IMG/VR virus record: IMGVR_UViG_3300048576_000589
Span: 1-48,258 of that record
Length of the DNA: 48,258 nucleotides
Origin: a virus
Lineage: Duplodnaviria; Caudoviricetes
Strand: one strand, 5' to 3'
The notes under the pieces: model-generated
What the model saw: only the letters and a program-made list of their open reading frames with translations
Databases searched by the model: none
What the model was told of the DNA's origin: nothing
In this document: piece by piece, positions 1 through 9,104 of the stretch
Layout: the number at the start of each line of letters is the position of its first letter
Numbering within the stretch: position 1 is the first letter of the stretch
Made by a program: the position numbers and the translations under genes

Positions 1-1335
1 TTACTTTCGGTTGAGTAGCCTTAGCTTGCTCAGCCGCTTCTTTCCGCCCCTTTCGGCTCGTTGCCATTCATACTGGTTGAACTTATCCATCTGCTCAGAT
101 TTCAGCTGGTCCACGATACGGATGTAGGGCTTCATGGCCTTAAAGTCTGCATGGCCCGTCCACTTCATTACCACCTCGGCAGGAATCCCAAGGAACAGCG
201 AGTTGACGATAAAGGTGCGCCGTCCGCAGTGGGTAGTGATGAGCTGCCACTTCTTAAAGACCTCTTCGATGCGCTGGTTTGATTTAAAGGTTACCACCTT
301 AATCTTTTCGTTTAGGCCGACCGCCTTTGCCATCTCCTTAAGGGCGTCGTTCATTTTCTGATTGGAGATAACGGGAAGGGCGCGGTTTCCATCGAGAACC
401 ATGCTGCGGTACTTCTCGAGTATGGCCCTGCTGTACATGTTAAGCTCTATCTTAAGCCCGTCCACATCCTTTCGGGTGACGATTACTATATGGTCTGGTT
501 TTACATCCTCCTTGGTAAGCTTATACACGTCGGAGTAGCGTAGAGAGGTGAAGCAGCAGAAGCAGAAAACATCGCGAACCCGGTCCAACTTTTCACTTTC
601 GAACTCGAAGTTGTAAAGCATTATGAGCTCCTCCCATGTCAGGTGCAGCACTTCGTTGACATTCCCGCTTGTTCCTTTAAGCCTAGGGCGAAAGGTTTGG
701 TGAACACTCCCGGAGTAGTAGCCCTCGCGGCTAGCCCATCGGATGAACCAAACAATAAGGTTGAGGTCTTTTTTTGTGGTGGTGTTTCGCATGTTTCGGG
801 TGTTCAAGAAGTAGTCCATTAGCGAGGTCAGGTACTCGTTGGACAGCTTATCGAAGGTGATGCGGCTATCGAAAGCTTCAAGGTGTCTACGTATCGTATT
901 GAACTTTATCAGCGTGTTTTCCGTCCAACTCTTGCTGATGGATTCGGTCTTAACGAACTTGTCGAACGCATCAAAGAAGGCGGTTGAGGATTCTGCCTCC
1001 CCGTCTGTTTTCCCTATGGCCTTGTTGAAGGCAAGGCGAAACTCCTCCTCAGTAGGATCTCTTCCGATAACCTCGTAGTTCCTAAAGATGTCAATGGTGG
1101 CCGAAGAGAATGCCGAAATTTTTTTATTGATAATGCTTGCTGGAGTTTTCTTCTTTCCGTGCGAGGTGTTGGCCTTGCAGGTTTGAGATGCGGTTACCCA
1201 CTTATCTACGTCAACGCGGTAGCCAAGGGAGAAGGCCGATTGGCATTCCTTCCCCCATTTCACCCGATAGCGAACCTTAGCGTCTGGTTTTCCATTCTCC
1301 TTATCCAGAAGAAATATGGCGTAGTACTCAATCAT
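1..1335 (-). CDS. int: Tyrosine recombinase / phage integrase
   Basis: Catalytic motifs TSLRYSD, HCGRRTF (HxxR), GHADFKAMKPY; N-terminal arm-binding-like and SAM-like regions. Start set at ATG 1335 (MIEYY), overlapping the upstream gene stop, instead of 1446. Confidence 0.93.
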   Translation of the reverse strand: MIEYYAIFLLDKENGKPDAKVRYRVKWGKECQSAFSLGYRVDVDKWVTASQTCKANTSHGKKKTPASIINKKISAFSSATIDIFRNYEVIGRDPTEEEFRLAFNKAIGKTDGEAESSTAFFDAFDKFVKTESISKSWTENTLIKFNTIRRHLEAFDSRITFDKLSNEYLTSLMDYFLNTRNMRNTTTKKDLNLIVWFIRWASREGYYSGSVHQTFRPRLKGTSGNVNEVLHLTWEELIMLYNFEFESEKLDRVRDVFCFCCFTSLRYSDVYKLTKEDVKPDHIVIVTRKDVDGLKIELNMYSRAILEKYRSMVLDGNRALPVISNQKMNDALKEMAKAVGLNEKIKVVTFKSNQRIEEVFKKWQLITTHCGRRTFIVNSLFLGIPAEVVMKWTGHADFKAMKPYIRIVDQLKSEQMDKFNQYEWQRAERGGKKRLSKLRLLNRK

Positions 1336-1600
1336 GACCGCTTTTGTTTGTAAACATACCACCCCTTCCGGTAATGACCCATTCAGCGGATACGTTGTAC
1401 TCGTTAGCCAGGTAGAAAATCCACTCTGGCTTAAGTACGGATGCATCGGGCTGCTTCTTTACCGTTATTAGGTTTCTTCGGTTGATGTCAAACTTATCTG
1501 TGAAGGTTTTTAACCCTCTAATCCTGCGCTGATTCTTAATCATATCGATTGCATCAAAAAAGCGCTTGGTTATGGCTACCCCTTCTGGGCTTATATTCAT
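1328..1600 (-). CDS. Small XRE-like HTH DNA-binding protein
   Basis: 90 aa, C-terminal YNVSAEWVITGRGGMF typical of XRE HTH domains; lies between repressor and integrase. Confidence 0.75.
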   Translation of the reverse strand: MNISPEGVAITKRFFDAIDMIKNQRRIRGLKTFTDKFDINRRNLITVKKQPDASVLKPEWIFYLANEYNVSAEWVITGRGGMFTNKSGHD

Positions 1601-1628
1601 AGGCTTTGTATGCTGTTATTGATTAATA

Positions 1629-2246
1629 CTACTTAATTGACATTGCCATGACTACTTTGTAGAACCCGAATACATCTTCGAGGCTTACCTCAAAGGGTGG
1701 GTAATTCGGGTTGTTGGATAGGCACATTACTTTGTCTTTTTCGAGCGTGGGCATGATCCTTCGGATAATAACTCCGTTACAGGTGTCAAGTGCATACACC
1801 TTACCCCACTCAATGAAGGCTTTGCTATTCACCAGTTTTACAAAAACCTGCGATCCTGCTGGGAGTTCAGGCGCGAGGTAGTCCCCGGCTACAGTTAGCG
1901 CAAACGTAACCCCTTTGATGGGCGATAGTATCCGTTCAAATTCTAAGTTCCCCATATTCCCTAAAAAATCATTAATTGATCCCCCTTGGCAGGAGATTGG
2001 TATTAAAGGTATTCGTACAATATCATGGTATGTAAATTGTTCAGGTTGCTGCTCTGAATTAATATGAAAAACTTCCTGTGATTTTTCCTTAAAAGCGTCT
2101 GTGTAAGGTACTCTTCCGTTGATCATGTCTGACAGGTACGAAGGATGAACCTCAAGTCGTTCAGCAACTTGGCTTTGTTTTAGCTTGTGAGTGACCTTAA
2201 TTTGTGAGATCAAATCCTTAAGAGGCTCATTTGCAGAAGAGTTCAT
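1629..2246 (-). CDS. CI-like repressor (XRE HTH + S24 peptidase-like domain, catalytic residues substituted)
   Basis: QSQVAERLEVHPSYLSDMING HTH; S24-like C-terminus with VAGDYLAP and IIRRI; divergent from Cro-like gene. Confidence 0.88.
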   Translation of the reverse strand: MNSSANEPLKDLISQIKVTHKLKQSQVAERLEVHPSYLSDMINGRVPYTDAFKEKSQEVFHINSEQQPEQFTYHDIVRIPLIPISCQGGSINDFLGNMGNLEFERILSPIKGVTFALTVAGDYLAPELPAGSQVFVKLVNSKAFIEWGKVYALDTCNGVIIRRIMPTLEKDKVMCLSNNPNYPPFEVSLEDVFGFYKVVMAMSIK

Positions 2247-2285
2247 CTTTTAACACTTTAATATGAAATAATACATATAAAACGC

Positions 2286-2316
2286 GTTGTAATATGAAAA
2301 ATATTCATATTACAAC
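2286..2316. promoter_or_regulatory. Perfect inverted repeat in the genetic switch, candidate CI operator
   Basis: GTTGTAATATGAA-aaata-TTCATATTACAAC; related ATATGAA..CATAT site at 2261-2278. Confidence 0.65.
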
Positions 2317-2354
2317 ACAATAATAACAACAACAAGCGAAAGGTAGTAAAAAAG

Positions 2355-2371
2355 TGTTCGCTTGTCAAACA
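2355..2371. promoter_or_regulatory. Degenerate copy of the TGTTTG-N5-CAAACA palindrome
   Basis: TGTTCGCTTGTCAAACA just upstream of the Cro-like gene. Confidence 0.55.
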
Positions 2372-2388
2372 CTTAATAAAATTTTTCG

Positions 2389-2625
2389 ATGATGGAGAGG
2401 AATAGGGTAAACTTAAGAATGCACTACAGGTCGTTACAGGCTGGCAGACAAGAATTTCTAAGAAAGGTAGCCGACAGGTGCGACGTTTCTTTGAACGCCG
2501 TAAGAGGATGGGTAAACTTTGACAGCAAAACACAAAATCCAGAGAGGCTTAAGGTTCTTTCTGAGGAAACAGGCATAAGTGTTGACGACCTTTTCAATAA
2601 GGAGCTAGAGCATGAGTACGCTTAA
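2389..2625 (+). CDS. Cro-like HTH protein
   Basis: 78 aa, VADRCDVSLNAVRGW HTH and ETGISVDDLF; first rightward gene. Confidence 0.75.
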   Translation: MMERNRVNLRMHYRSLQAGRQEFLRKVADRCDVSLNAVRGWVNFDSKTQNPERLKVLSEETGISVDDLFNKELEHEYA

Positions 2626-2917
2626 TGTAACCGAGGAAACTCCCGTTTGGCAGCTTACTGTTGGACAGTTCAAGGAGCTGATGCGCCCATTCTACGAAAG
2701 GAGTATAGAAAAGGAAAGTATCTCGGAAAATTCATCGGATAAAATTTTGGTTGGGATACAGGGATTAGCAAGCTACCTTGAGGTGTCAAGGGCAACCGCT
2801 CAGAACTACAAGAGCAGCGGTATTCTGGATGGCTCCTACACCCAAATAGGGCGCACCATCCGCTTCGATGCCGATCTGGTAGATGAAGCCATTAAAAAAC
2901 ATCGTAACAACATGTAA
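2612..2917 (+). CDS. Excisionase-like DNA-binding protein (DUF3853-like)
   Basis: TPVWQLTVGQF and GIQGLASYLEVSRATAQNYKSSG...QIGRTIRFD. Confidence 0.75.
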   Translation: MSTLNVTEETPVWQLTVGQFKELMRPFYERSIEKESISENSSDKILVGIQGLASYLEVSRATAQNYKSSGILDGSYTQIGRTIRFDADLVDEAIKKHRNNM

Positions 2918-2950
2918 ATAAGCAGTTAAAATATTGACAATTATAAATAT

Positions 2951-2990
2951 AATAACTATATTTATAATTGAAATGTTTGAAAAACAAACA
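2951..2990 (+). promoter_or_regulatory. Promoter -7 box TATATTTA (2957-2964) with downstream palindrome (2974-2990)
   Basis: AATAACTATATTTATA then TGTTTGAAAAACAAACA. Confidence 0.75.
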
Positions 2991-3011
2991 CATTGTTGAA
3001 TTTAATAGTTC

Positions 3012-5012
3012 ATGAGTATGGAAATTAGAATTAAAAGCCTATCTCTAACCAACTTTAAGGGGGCGAGGGATGTAAAGGTAGAGTTTTCCGACGGTGAAAC
3101 CATTATATCTGGTGACAACGGGACGGGCAAAACAACTGTTTTTGACGCTTTGACTTGGCTGCTGTTCGACAAGGATAGTAGCGGTTCTTCCAACTTTAAC
3201 ATCAAAACGCTTGACGAAAGCAACCGTGTTATCCCTAAGATAGAGCACGAGGTTGTAGGTGTTATCGTCGTTGAGGGTGAAATGGTAACGCTAAAAAAGA
3301 TTCTTCGCGAGAAGTGGGTTAAGAGGAGCGGTAGCCTTACGCCAGAGCTTACAGGGAACGAGTCGCTGTACTTCTGCAATGATGTACCGCTCAAGCAGGG
3401 CGAGTACAAGTCAAAGGTTGACGCTATTCTCAAGGAGGACCTGTTTAAGATGATTACCTCTCCGTACTACTTCAACTCGTTGAAGTGGAACGAGAGAAGA
3501 GGCGTTCTAACGCAGATGGCGGGTAGTATTTCAGATTCTGAGATTGCATCGAACAAGCCAGAGTTTATGGAACTGCTTACCCTAATTGGCAATAAGTCAT
3601 TCGAGGACTACAAGAAGGAACTTGCGGTTAAGAAGAAGAAACTCAACGAAGAGCTAAGGCTGATTCCTGCCAGAGTTGATGAGCAGAATAGGAGTAAACC
3701 TGCTCCTGTTGATTACGCAGAGCTGGAAAAGGAGTTATCCGATCTTAACGGACAGGTTGTGGCTATCGACGAGCAGATTGCAGACAGAAGCAAGCAGCTG
3801 GACAGCTTCTACAAAACGAAGGGAGAAAAGCAGCAGCAGCTAAGCAACTTGAACATTAGAAAAATCAAGTTGGAGCAGGATGCAAATTCTGAGGCTGTTA
3901 ACCAGAATAGCCAAAACAGCAGGGCCACCGACCAAGCGAAAGTTGAAGTTCGGGATGCAGAGGCAAGGGCTACTCGTCTTGGCTCGGAGATAAAGAGGCA
4001 TACAGATGATAGAGAGAGGACTTCAAAAAAGGCTCAGGAACTTGAATCGAGAATAGCCGACCTCAGAAAGCAGTGGACATCGGAAGATGAGAAAGTGCTA
4101 ACGTGGAGTGATAGCGATTTTTCTTGCCCATGCTGTCACCGAGAATTTGAAGCAGACGACATTGAGGCCAAAAAGGCTGAAATGCTCGGAAACTTTAACG
4201 AGGCCAAGAGCCGTAAGCTAGATGAGATCAATAAGGCTGGGGTATCCGTTAAGAATGAGCTTGCCGATCTGAATAAGCGCATCCAAGAGCTATCCGATAG
4301 CATAACAACGCTAACAGTAGAGGAGCAGAATGAAATCGGGAAGATACAGCAGCTAAAAGTTTCCATTGATGCTCAAAGTGGCTCTATTAAGCAGGTTACC
4401 GCTTCCGAACTCCTTTCGGTAAACTCGGAATACGGACAGGTTGTTAAGGACATCGAAACGCTTAGAAGCGAAATTGACGCTATGCAGCCATCAACCGACA
4501 CATCGGAGCTGAAGGCTAAAAAATCGGAACTTTCTGGGAAGTGCGAAGAGGTTAAGCGGAAAATATCCACCAAGTCGGTTTTGGAGAACGTAAACCGTAG
4601 GATTGAAGAACTCTACAAAGAGGAGCAAACCCTATCGCAGCAAATGGCAGATATCGAAAAGAGCGAATTCGCCATGACAGAGTTCACCAAGGCAAAAATT
4701 GACGCGGTGGAGGCCAGAATTAACGGAATGTTCTCGCTAGTTAAGTTTAAGATGTTCGAAACCCAGCTCAACGGCGGAGAGTCAGAAACTTGTGAATGTA
4801 CCGTTAACGGAGTGCCATACTCTGATCTGAATACAGCCTCGAAGATCAACGCTGGTCTTGACATTATCAACGCACTTTGCAGCTACTACAACGTAAGCGC
4901 ACCAATCTTTATTGATGGCCGCGAGTCGGTGAACTCCATACTACCAGTAAGGAGCCAGGTGGTTAACCTCATCGTATCTAAGGAACCTTTAAAAGTAACT
5001 CACATAAACTAA
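3012..5012 (+). CDS. Rad50/SbcC-like coiled-coil ATPase
   Basis: Walker A GDNGTGKT, long coiled coil, central CPCC zinc-hook-like motif, C-terminal IFIDGRES Walker B. Confidence 0.88.
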   Translation: MSMEIRIKSLSLTNFKGARDVKVEFSDGETIISGDNGTGKTTVFDALTWLLFDKDSSGSSNFNIKTLDESNRVIPKIEHEVVGVIVVEGEMVTLKKILREKWVKRSGSLTPELTGNESLYFCNDVPLKQGEYKSKVDAILKEDLFKMITSPYYFNSLKWNERRGVLTQMAGSISDSEIASNKPEFMELLTLIGNKSFEDYKKELAVKKKKLNEELRLIPARVDEQNRSKPAPVDYAELEKELSDLNGQVVAIDEQIADRSKQLDSFYKTKGEKQQQLSNLNIRKIKLEQDANSEAVNQNSQNSRATDQAKVEVRDAEARATRLGSEIKRHTDDRERTSKKAQELESRIADLRKQWTSEDEKVLTWSDSDFSCPCCHREFEADDIEAKKAEMLGNFNEAKSRKLDEINKAGVSVKNELADLNKRIQELSDSITTLTVEEQNEIGKIQQLKVSIDAQSGSIKQVTASELLSVNSEYGQVVKDIETLRSEIDAMQPSTDTSELKAKKSELSGKCEEVKRKISTKSVLENVNRRIEELYKEEQTLSQQMADIEKSEFAMTEFTKAKIDAVEARINGMFSLVKFKMFETQLNGGESETCECTVNGVPYSDLNTASKINAGLDIINALCSYYNVSAPIFIDGRESVNSILPVRSQVVNLIVSKEPLKVTHIN

Positions 5013-5018
5013 GTAAAC

Positions 5019-5915
5019 ATGGGATCAGATATAGCAAAGGTAGAACCAGCGCAAGGATTGCAATTCAATTTTTTCGATCCTGTTCAGTTTGAAACCATAC
5101 AGAGAGTTTGCAAACTATTCGCTAGCTCAGATTTAGTGCCCGACATGTATAAAACCGATTTAACACCGGATAAAGATGGGAGACCTAAAAATCCAGAAAA
5201 CAAGGCGATGGCAAACTGCATGATTGCTACTGAAATCGCTCAGAGAATAGGGGCTTCTCCTCTTATGATTATGCAGAATATGGTGCCAATATACGGAAAG
5301 CCTTCTTGGTCGAGCAAGTTTCTGGTGGCAACAGTTAATACGTGTGGTCGGTTTAACCCGTTACGCTTCAAGTTTATCAACAAGGGTAAACTCGGAAAGG
5401 TAGAATACACCGAGTACAACAAGGTATGGGTAAATGGAACTAACGCTAGTAAAGGTTACTATAAGAATGAGGCTAAAACTGTAACATTTGATGGCTCAAG
5501 CATCGATGATATAGAATGCGTAGCATGGACTACGGCTAGAGGTGCTGTTAGCGATGAGGCACTAGAATCTTCACCAGTATCAGTTAAAATGGCCGTTCAA
5601 GAAGGATGGTATACTAAGAATGGTTCAAAGTGGCCCAACATGACACAGCAGATGTTGATGTACCGAGCTGCTTCATTTTGGACTAGCGCATACGCCCCAG
5701 AGTTATCTATGGGGATGAAAACCGAGTATGAGATGATGGATATTACCGATGTTGAGTATGAGGATGTATCTGCAAGCGTAAAGGCCGAGATGGAAGAAAA
5801 GGCTAACAAGGAAACCATCACTATTACGAATAAAAGTGAAGAGCAGCCTCCTAAAGAGGAGAAGAAGGAGCCTGAGCAACCACAAGTAGGAGGTCAACGA
5901 AAAATGGGATTCTAG
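5019..5915 (+). CDS. RecT/Redbeta-like single-strand annealing protein
   Basis: Between Rad50-like ATPase and MBL nuclease; IMQNMVPIYGKPSW and GWYTKNGSKW...QMLMYRAASFW motifs; acidic tail. Confidence 0.7.
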   Translation: MGSDIAKVEPAQGLQFNFFDPVQFETIQRVCKLFASSDLVPDMYKTDLTPDKDGRPKNPENKAMANCMIATEIAQRIGASPLMIMQNMVPIYGKPSWSSKFLVATVNTCGRFNPLRFKFINKGKLGKVEYTEYNKVWVNGTNASKGYYKNEAKTVTFDGSSIDDIECVAWTTARGAVSDEALESSPVSVKMAVQEGWYTKNGSKWPNMTQQMLMYRAASFWTSAYAPELSMGMKTEYEMMDITDVEYEDVSASVKAEMEEKANKETITITNKSEEQPPKEEKKEPEQPQVGGQRKMGF

Positions 5916-5917
5916 CT

Positions 5918-6223
5918 ATGGAATACTCAAAAGGAAATTGGTCGGTAGGTAAATATGGGTCGGTTGTTACTGACAATGGAGAAGGATTCCTTACAACTAC
6001 AGGGCATGATGAAACAGAATACTATGGAGGTTATTTAATTGCTGAAAGCATTTTAAAACCTGCAGATGCTCATCTTATAGCGGCGGCTCCTGATTTGTTG
6101 AGTGCGTTGGTGGATTTGACCTTGGTTAGCGATCTGTCAAGCCATCTTTTAGATCGGGCAGAGAAAGCAATAATGAAGGCAAGGGGTATTACCGATGTAG
6201 AATTTGAGGAAGATGAATCTTAA
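5918..6223 (+). CDS. Hypothetical phage protein
   Basis: ADAHLIAAAPDLL motif common in small phage early proteins. Confidence 0.7.
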   Translation: MEYSKGNWSVGKYGSVVTDNGEGFLTTTGHDETEYYGGYLIAESILKPADAHLIAAAPDLLSALVDLTLVSDLSSHLLDRAEKAIMKARGITDVEFEEDES

Positions 6224-6947
6224 AGTTATCAGTTCTTCATCGTCTGGCAACTGCTACATTTTAGAGAATGAATCCGAGGCGCTTATACTTGAAGCTGGCG
6301 TATCGTCCAAAAGGGTCAAGATGGCCATCGGGTTCAATACCTCGAAGGTTGTAGGTTGCTTGGTAAGCCACGAGCACGGCGATCATGCAAAGTACGCTGG
6401 TGAGCTGGAAAAATCAGGAATAACGGTTTACGCATCCAAAGGAACCATTGAGGCCATTGGCTCTTCGCATAGAACAAGCGTTCTGACTGCAAAGAAAGCC
6501 CAAAAGATAGGCGGGTTTACGGTTGTTCCTTTCCCTATAGAGCATGATGTAAAGGAGCCTTTCGGCTACCTTATCCATCACAATGAGATGGGGAATGTGC
6601 TTTTTGCTACGGATACGTACTACCTAAAGTACAAGTTCGAAGGCTTAAACCATGTAATGATCGAGTGCAACTACGATGAAATTCTGCTTAAAAAGAACCT
6701 TTCATTAGGAGTTATCCATCCTTCTCTATTCAAGAGAACCTACAGGTCGCACATGAGCATAGAGAATTGCATAAGCACATTAAGGGCAAACGATACGAGC
6801 AAGGTACGCAAGATATTCCTGCTGCACATGTCGAGCAACAACTCCAACGAGGAGGATTTTGTAGAAAGGGTGAAATCTGCCACCGGCAAGCAAACATTTG
6901 CAGCCAAAAGCGGATTGGTGGAGTCGTTGGACTTAACTCCATTCTAA
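6213..6947 (+). CDS. MBL-fold metallo-hydrolase (YycJ-like exonuclease)
   Basis: SSSSGNCY, SHEHGDH, HD, TDT, IECNY, SHMS and LLHMS motifs. Confidence 0.9.
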   Translation: MNLKVISSSSSGNCYILENESEALILEAGVSSKRVKMAIGFNTSKVVGCLVSHEHGDHAKYAGELEKSGITVYASKGTIEAIGSSHRTSVLTAKKAQKIGGFTVVPFPIEHDVKEPFGYLIHHNEMGNVLFATDTYYLKYKFEGLNHVMIECNYDEILLKKNLSLGVIHPSLFKRTYRSHMSIENCISTLRANDTSKVRKIFLLHMSSNNSNEEDFVERVKSATGKQTFAAKSGLVESLDLTPF

Positions 6948-6984
6948 CGGATAAAGGGAGTAAAAATGAACGCTGGAAGGAATA

Positions 6985-7404
6985 ATGGAGAAGGTAAGGA
7001 TAAGCAAGGAGAACGGCAAGCTGAGCGCAAGGGCGCTTCGTATAGCCATTGATAAGCTGGTAGACGGGGTATGGGAGATAACCATCAAGAAGGTTCGCGG
7101 AACAAGGTCGCTCGACCAGAACGGATACCTGTTTGGGGTGGTTTACCCGATGCTGCTGGATGGCCTTTTGGAGGCAGGATGGGAGCTAACCAACACGGAG
7201 GAGGTTCACGAGTTCTGCAAGCAGCTACTGCTTTCCCAGCAGCATGTCAACAAGCACACGGGGGAGGTTGTCAGCTACCCCAACTCTACGGCAAAAATGA
7301 CTACGGTGGAGTTCTCCACCTACACGGATAAGATTCGGGAGTACGCTCTCGAGTACCTAGGATTGGAAATACCAGACCCTGATCCGTCGCTTAAGGCACG
7401 GTGA
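6985..7404 (+). CDS. NinB/YbcN-like recombination accessory protein
   Basis: RSLDQNGYLFG and STAKMTTVEFSTY...IPDP motifs. Confidence 0.6.
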   Translation: MEKVRISKENGKLSARALRIAIDKLVDGVWEITIKKVRGTRSLDQNGYLFGVVYPMLLDGLLEAGWELTNTEEVHEFCKQLLLSQQHVNKHTGEVVSYPNSTAKMTTVEFSTYTDKIREYALEYLGLEIPDPDPSLKAR

Positions 7405-7441
7405 TGGCGCTAAATAAAAACCATTTAATACCATTAAAGCA

Positions 7442-7864
7442 ATGGAAAAAGTTTTGTTTCAAAATTGTTCAGATGAGGAACGGATTAAAAACCTTGAGGC
7501 TAACGCCGATTCAATCGAGGAAGTTGGCTACATGAGAGACTTTACCGCTGAAGAGTTGGAAGGATTTAAGGAAGAGCTAGCCGAAAGTTCGATTACGATT
7601 AACGACATCGAAGAGGAAAAGAAGATTATCATGGACGACTTTAAGAAAAAGAAGGAGCCCCATGTTTCGACGATCAAAACCAACCTCAAGCGGATCAAGG
7701 AAAAGTCTGAGTTTGTAAAGGAAGAGTGCTTCAAGTTTATCAACCATGTTGATAATGCCGTAGGGTACTACAACAGACAGGGCGAGCTTGTTTACTCAAG
7801 GCCAATAAGAGGTGAGGAGCGTCAGGGTAAGATTTTCCCCCTACGAACAGGAACTGCAAACTAA
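7442..7864 (+). CDS. Hypothetical protein, coiled-coil
   Basis: 140 aa ORF in operon context. Confidence 0.75.
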   Translation: MEKVLFQNCSDEERIKNLEANADSIEEVGYMRDFTAEELEGFKEELAESSITINDIEEEKKIIMDDFKKKKEPHVSTIKTNLKRIKEKSEFVKEECFKFINHVDNAVGYYNRQGELVYSRPIRGEERQGKIFPLRTGTAN

Positions 7865-7897
7865 CCAGAGTCATTAACCGTTTAACATTTTAAAGTT

Positions 7898-8659
7898 ATG
7901 TCAACAGAAAGTGAAAAGAAGTTCAACATCAACATTCCAGAAGGAACGAGTAAGGTTGAAGTTGTAGTAAGAGAAGGTAGTGCTCCAAAGGCACTCGATC
8001 CTAAAGACCCCGAGAGGATAAACATTTTAGGTGTGCTAGATAGCCCTCTTAAATGGTTAGAGAAAAGGGTAGATGCTAAGAATGAAGAAGAGCTGCAGAT
8101 CAATCAGCATCGCACAAATATCATCGTTGACCGCGATAAAATGACCATTACGCTAACGGTTGATGAGACAGATTACTACCAATCTACTATTGTCGGAAAG
8201 CTTGAATTCCATCCGAAATTTATCGAATTCGGAATCAACAACAGTAAGTGCTGGGAGCCAACCAAACTGGGGCAGTTCTTTAAGATGAACCGTGCGTTCT
8301 TCCCAGACAAGTCGAAGAACATGGAGCTGGTAACCGCGCTGAAGAACTTTAATGCAAAAGTTTCCCAGAACATTGACAAGGTAAAGAATGATAACGGCTC
8401 TTTCGCTGACAACTTCTCAGCCGAGGTTGAAGCCAATATTCCGGGTTCTTTCTCTGTTAAACTGCCAGTCTTTAAGGGAAATTCTGCCGAAGTTATGGAG
8501 GTTGAATTCTACGCAAGTGTAGATGGCCGCAATGTTGAGCTATCACTGGTTTCACCCGGTGCTAATGAGCTGGTTGAGGAGTATCGCGATAAGTGTATTG
8601 ATGATGTACTAGATGGAATCAGAACAATTGCACCAAGTATTGTAATCATTGAGTGCTAG
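7898..8659 (+). CDS. Hypothetical protein (possibly DUF2303/YfdQ-like)
   Basis: 253 aa ORF; IPGSFSVKLPVFKG resembles the DUF2303 C-terminus; family call tentative. Confidence 0.6.
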   Translation: MSTESEKKFNINIPEGTSKVEVVVREGSAPKALDPKDPERINILGVLDSPLKWLEKRVDAKNEEELQINQHRTNIIVDRDKMTITLTVDETDYYQSTIVGKLEFHPKFIEFGINNSKCWEPTKLGQFFKMNRAFFPDKSKNMELVTALKNFNAKVSQNIDKVKNDNGSFADNFSAEVEANIPGSFSVKLPVFKGNSAEVMEVEFYASVDGRNVELSLVSPGANELVEEYRDKCIDDVLDGIRTIAPSIVIIEC

Positions 8660-8667
8660 CCTAAAGA

Positions 8668-8700
8668 TTGGGGTGCTACATTGTACCCCAACCTTTTAGT
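8668..8700 (+). terminator. Probable intrinsic terminator
   Basis: TTGGGGTGC-tacatt-GTACCCCAA followed by CCTTTTAGT. Confidence 0.5.
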
Positions 8701-8713
8701 TTATCATATTAGA

Positions 8714-8869
8714 ATGGAATTGAGTCCAGAGTTGGAACGCTTATTCGAAGAGCTAAGGATGGCCTTCGAGGAACAGGATAAAAAAGGGGTAAACCATGAA
8801 AAAACTAGAGATCACTCAGGAGGAGGCGAAAAGGATAGTCGAAAGCAGGCTATTCTTCAGGAACCTTAA
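8714..8869 (+). CDS. Short hypothetical protein
   Basis: ATG at 8714 (MELSPELERLF); overlaps next gene by about 70 nt. Confidence 0.3.
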   Translation: MELSPELERLFEELRMAFEEQDKKGVNHEKTRDHSGGGEKDSRKQAILQEP

Positions 8870-9092
8870 GGTGGCTTTACGAAAGCTGGAGCTTATAAGG
8901 GCAGAAAAGGTGGTAAGGCGAAGCACCTACGACACGCTAATGCAGCTAGGCTTGCTTGAGCCGAACGCTTTTAGGCAGGAGTACGCCAACATCCTTTGCA
9001 AGAGGAGCGGTGTTTCTGCAAGGGAACGGCGATTTATTCAAAGCGTGGGCAATGCCGTATTCTATGAAACCAAGGCCAAAAGGCGAGTTTAA
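8796..9092 (+). CDS. Hypothetical protein
   Basis: 98 aa basic ORF preceding the initiator. Confidence 0.7.
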   Translation: MKKLEITQEEAKRIVESRLFFRNLKVALRKLELIRAEKVVRRSTYDTLMQLGLLEPNAFRQEYANILCKRSGVSARERRFIQSVGNAVFYETKAKRRV

Positions 9093-9104
9093 AAGGTTTG
9101 CGCC

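Noticed and set aside
1336-1446. 481-aa long form of the integrase
   Set aside because: Extension overlaps the upstream HTH gene; ATG at 1335 gives a normal coupled start
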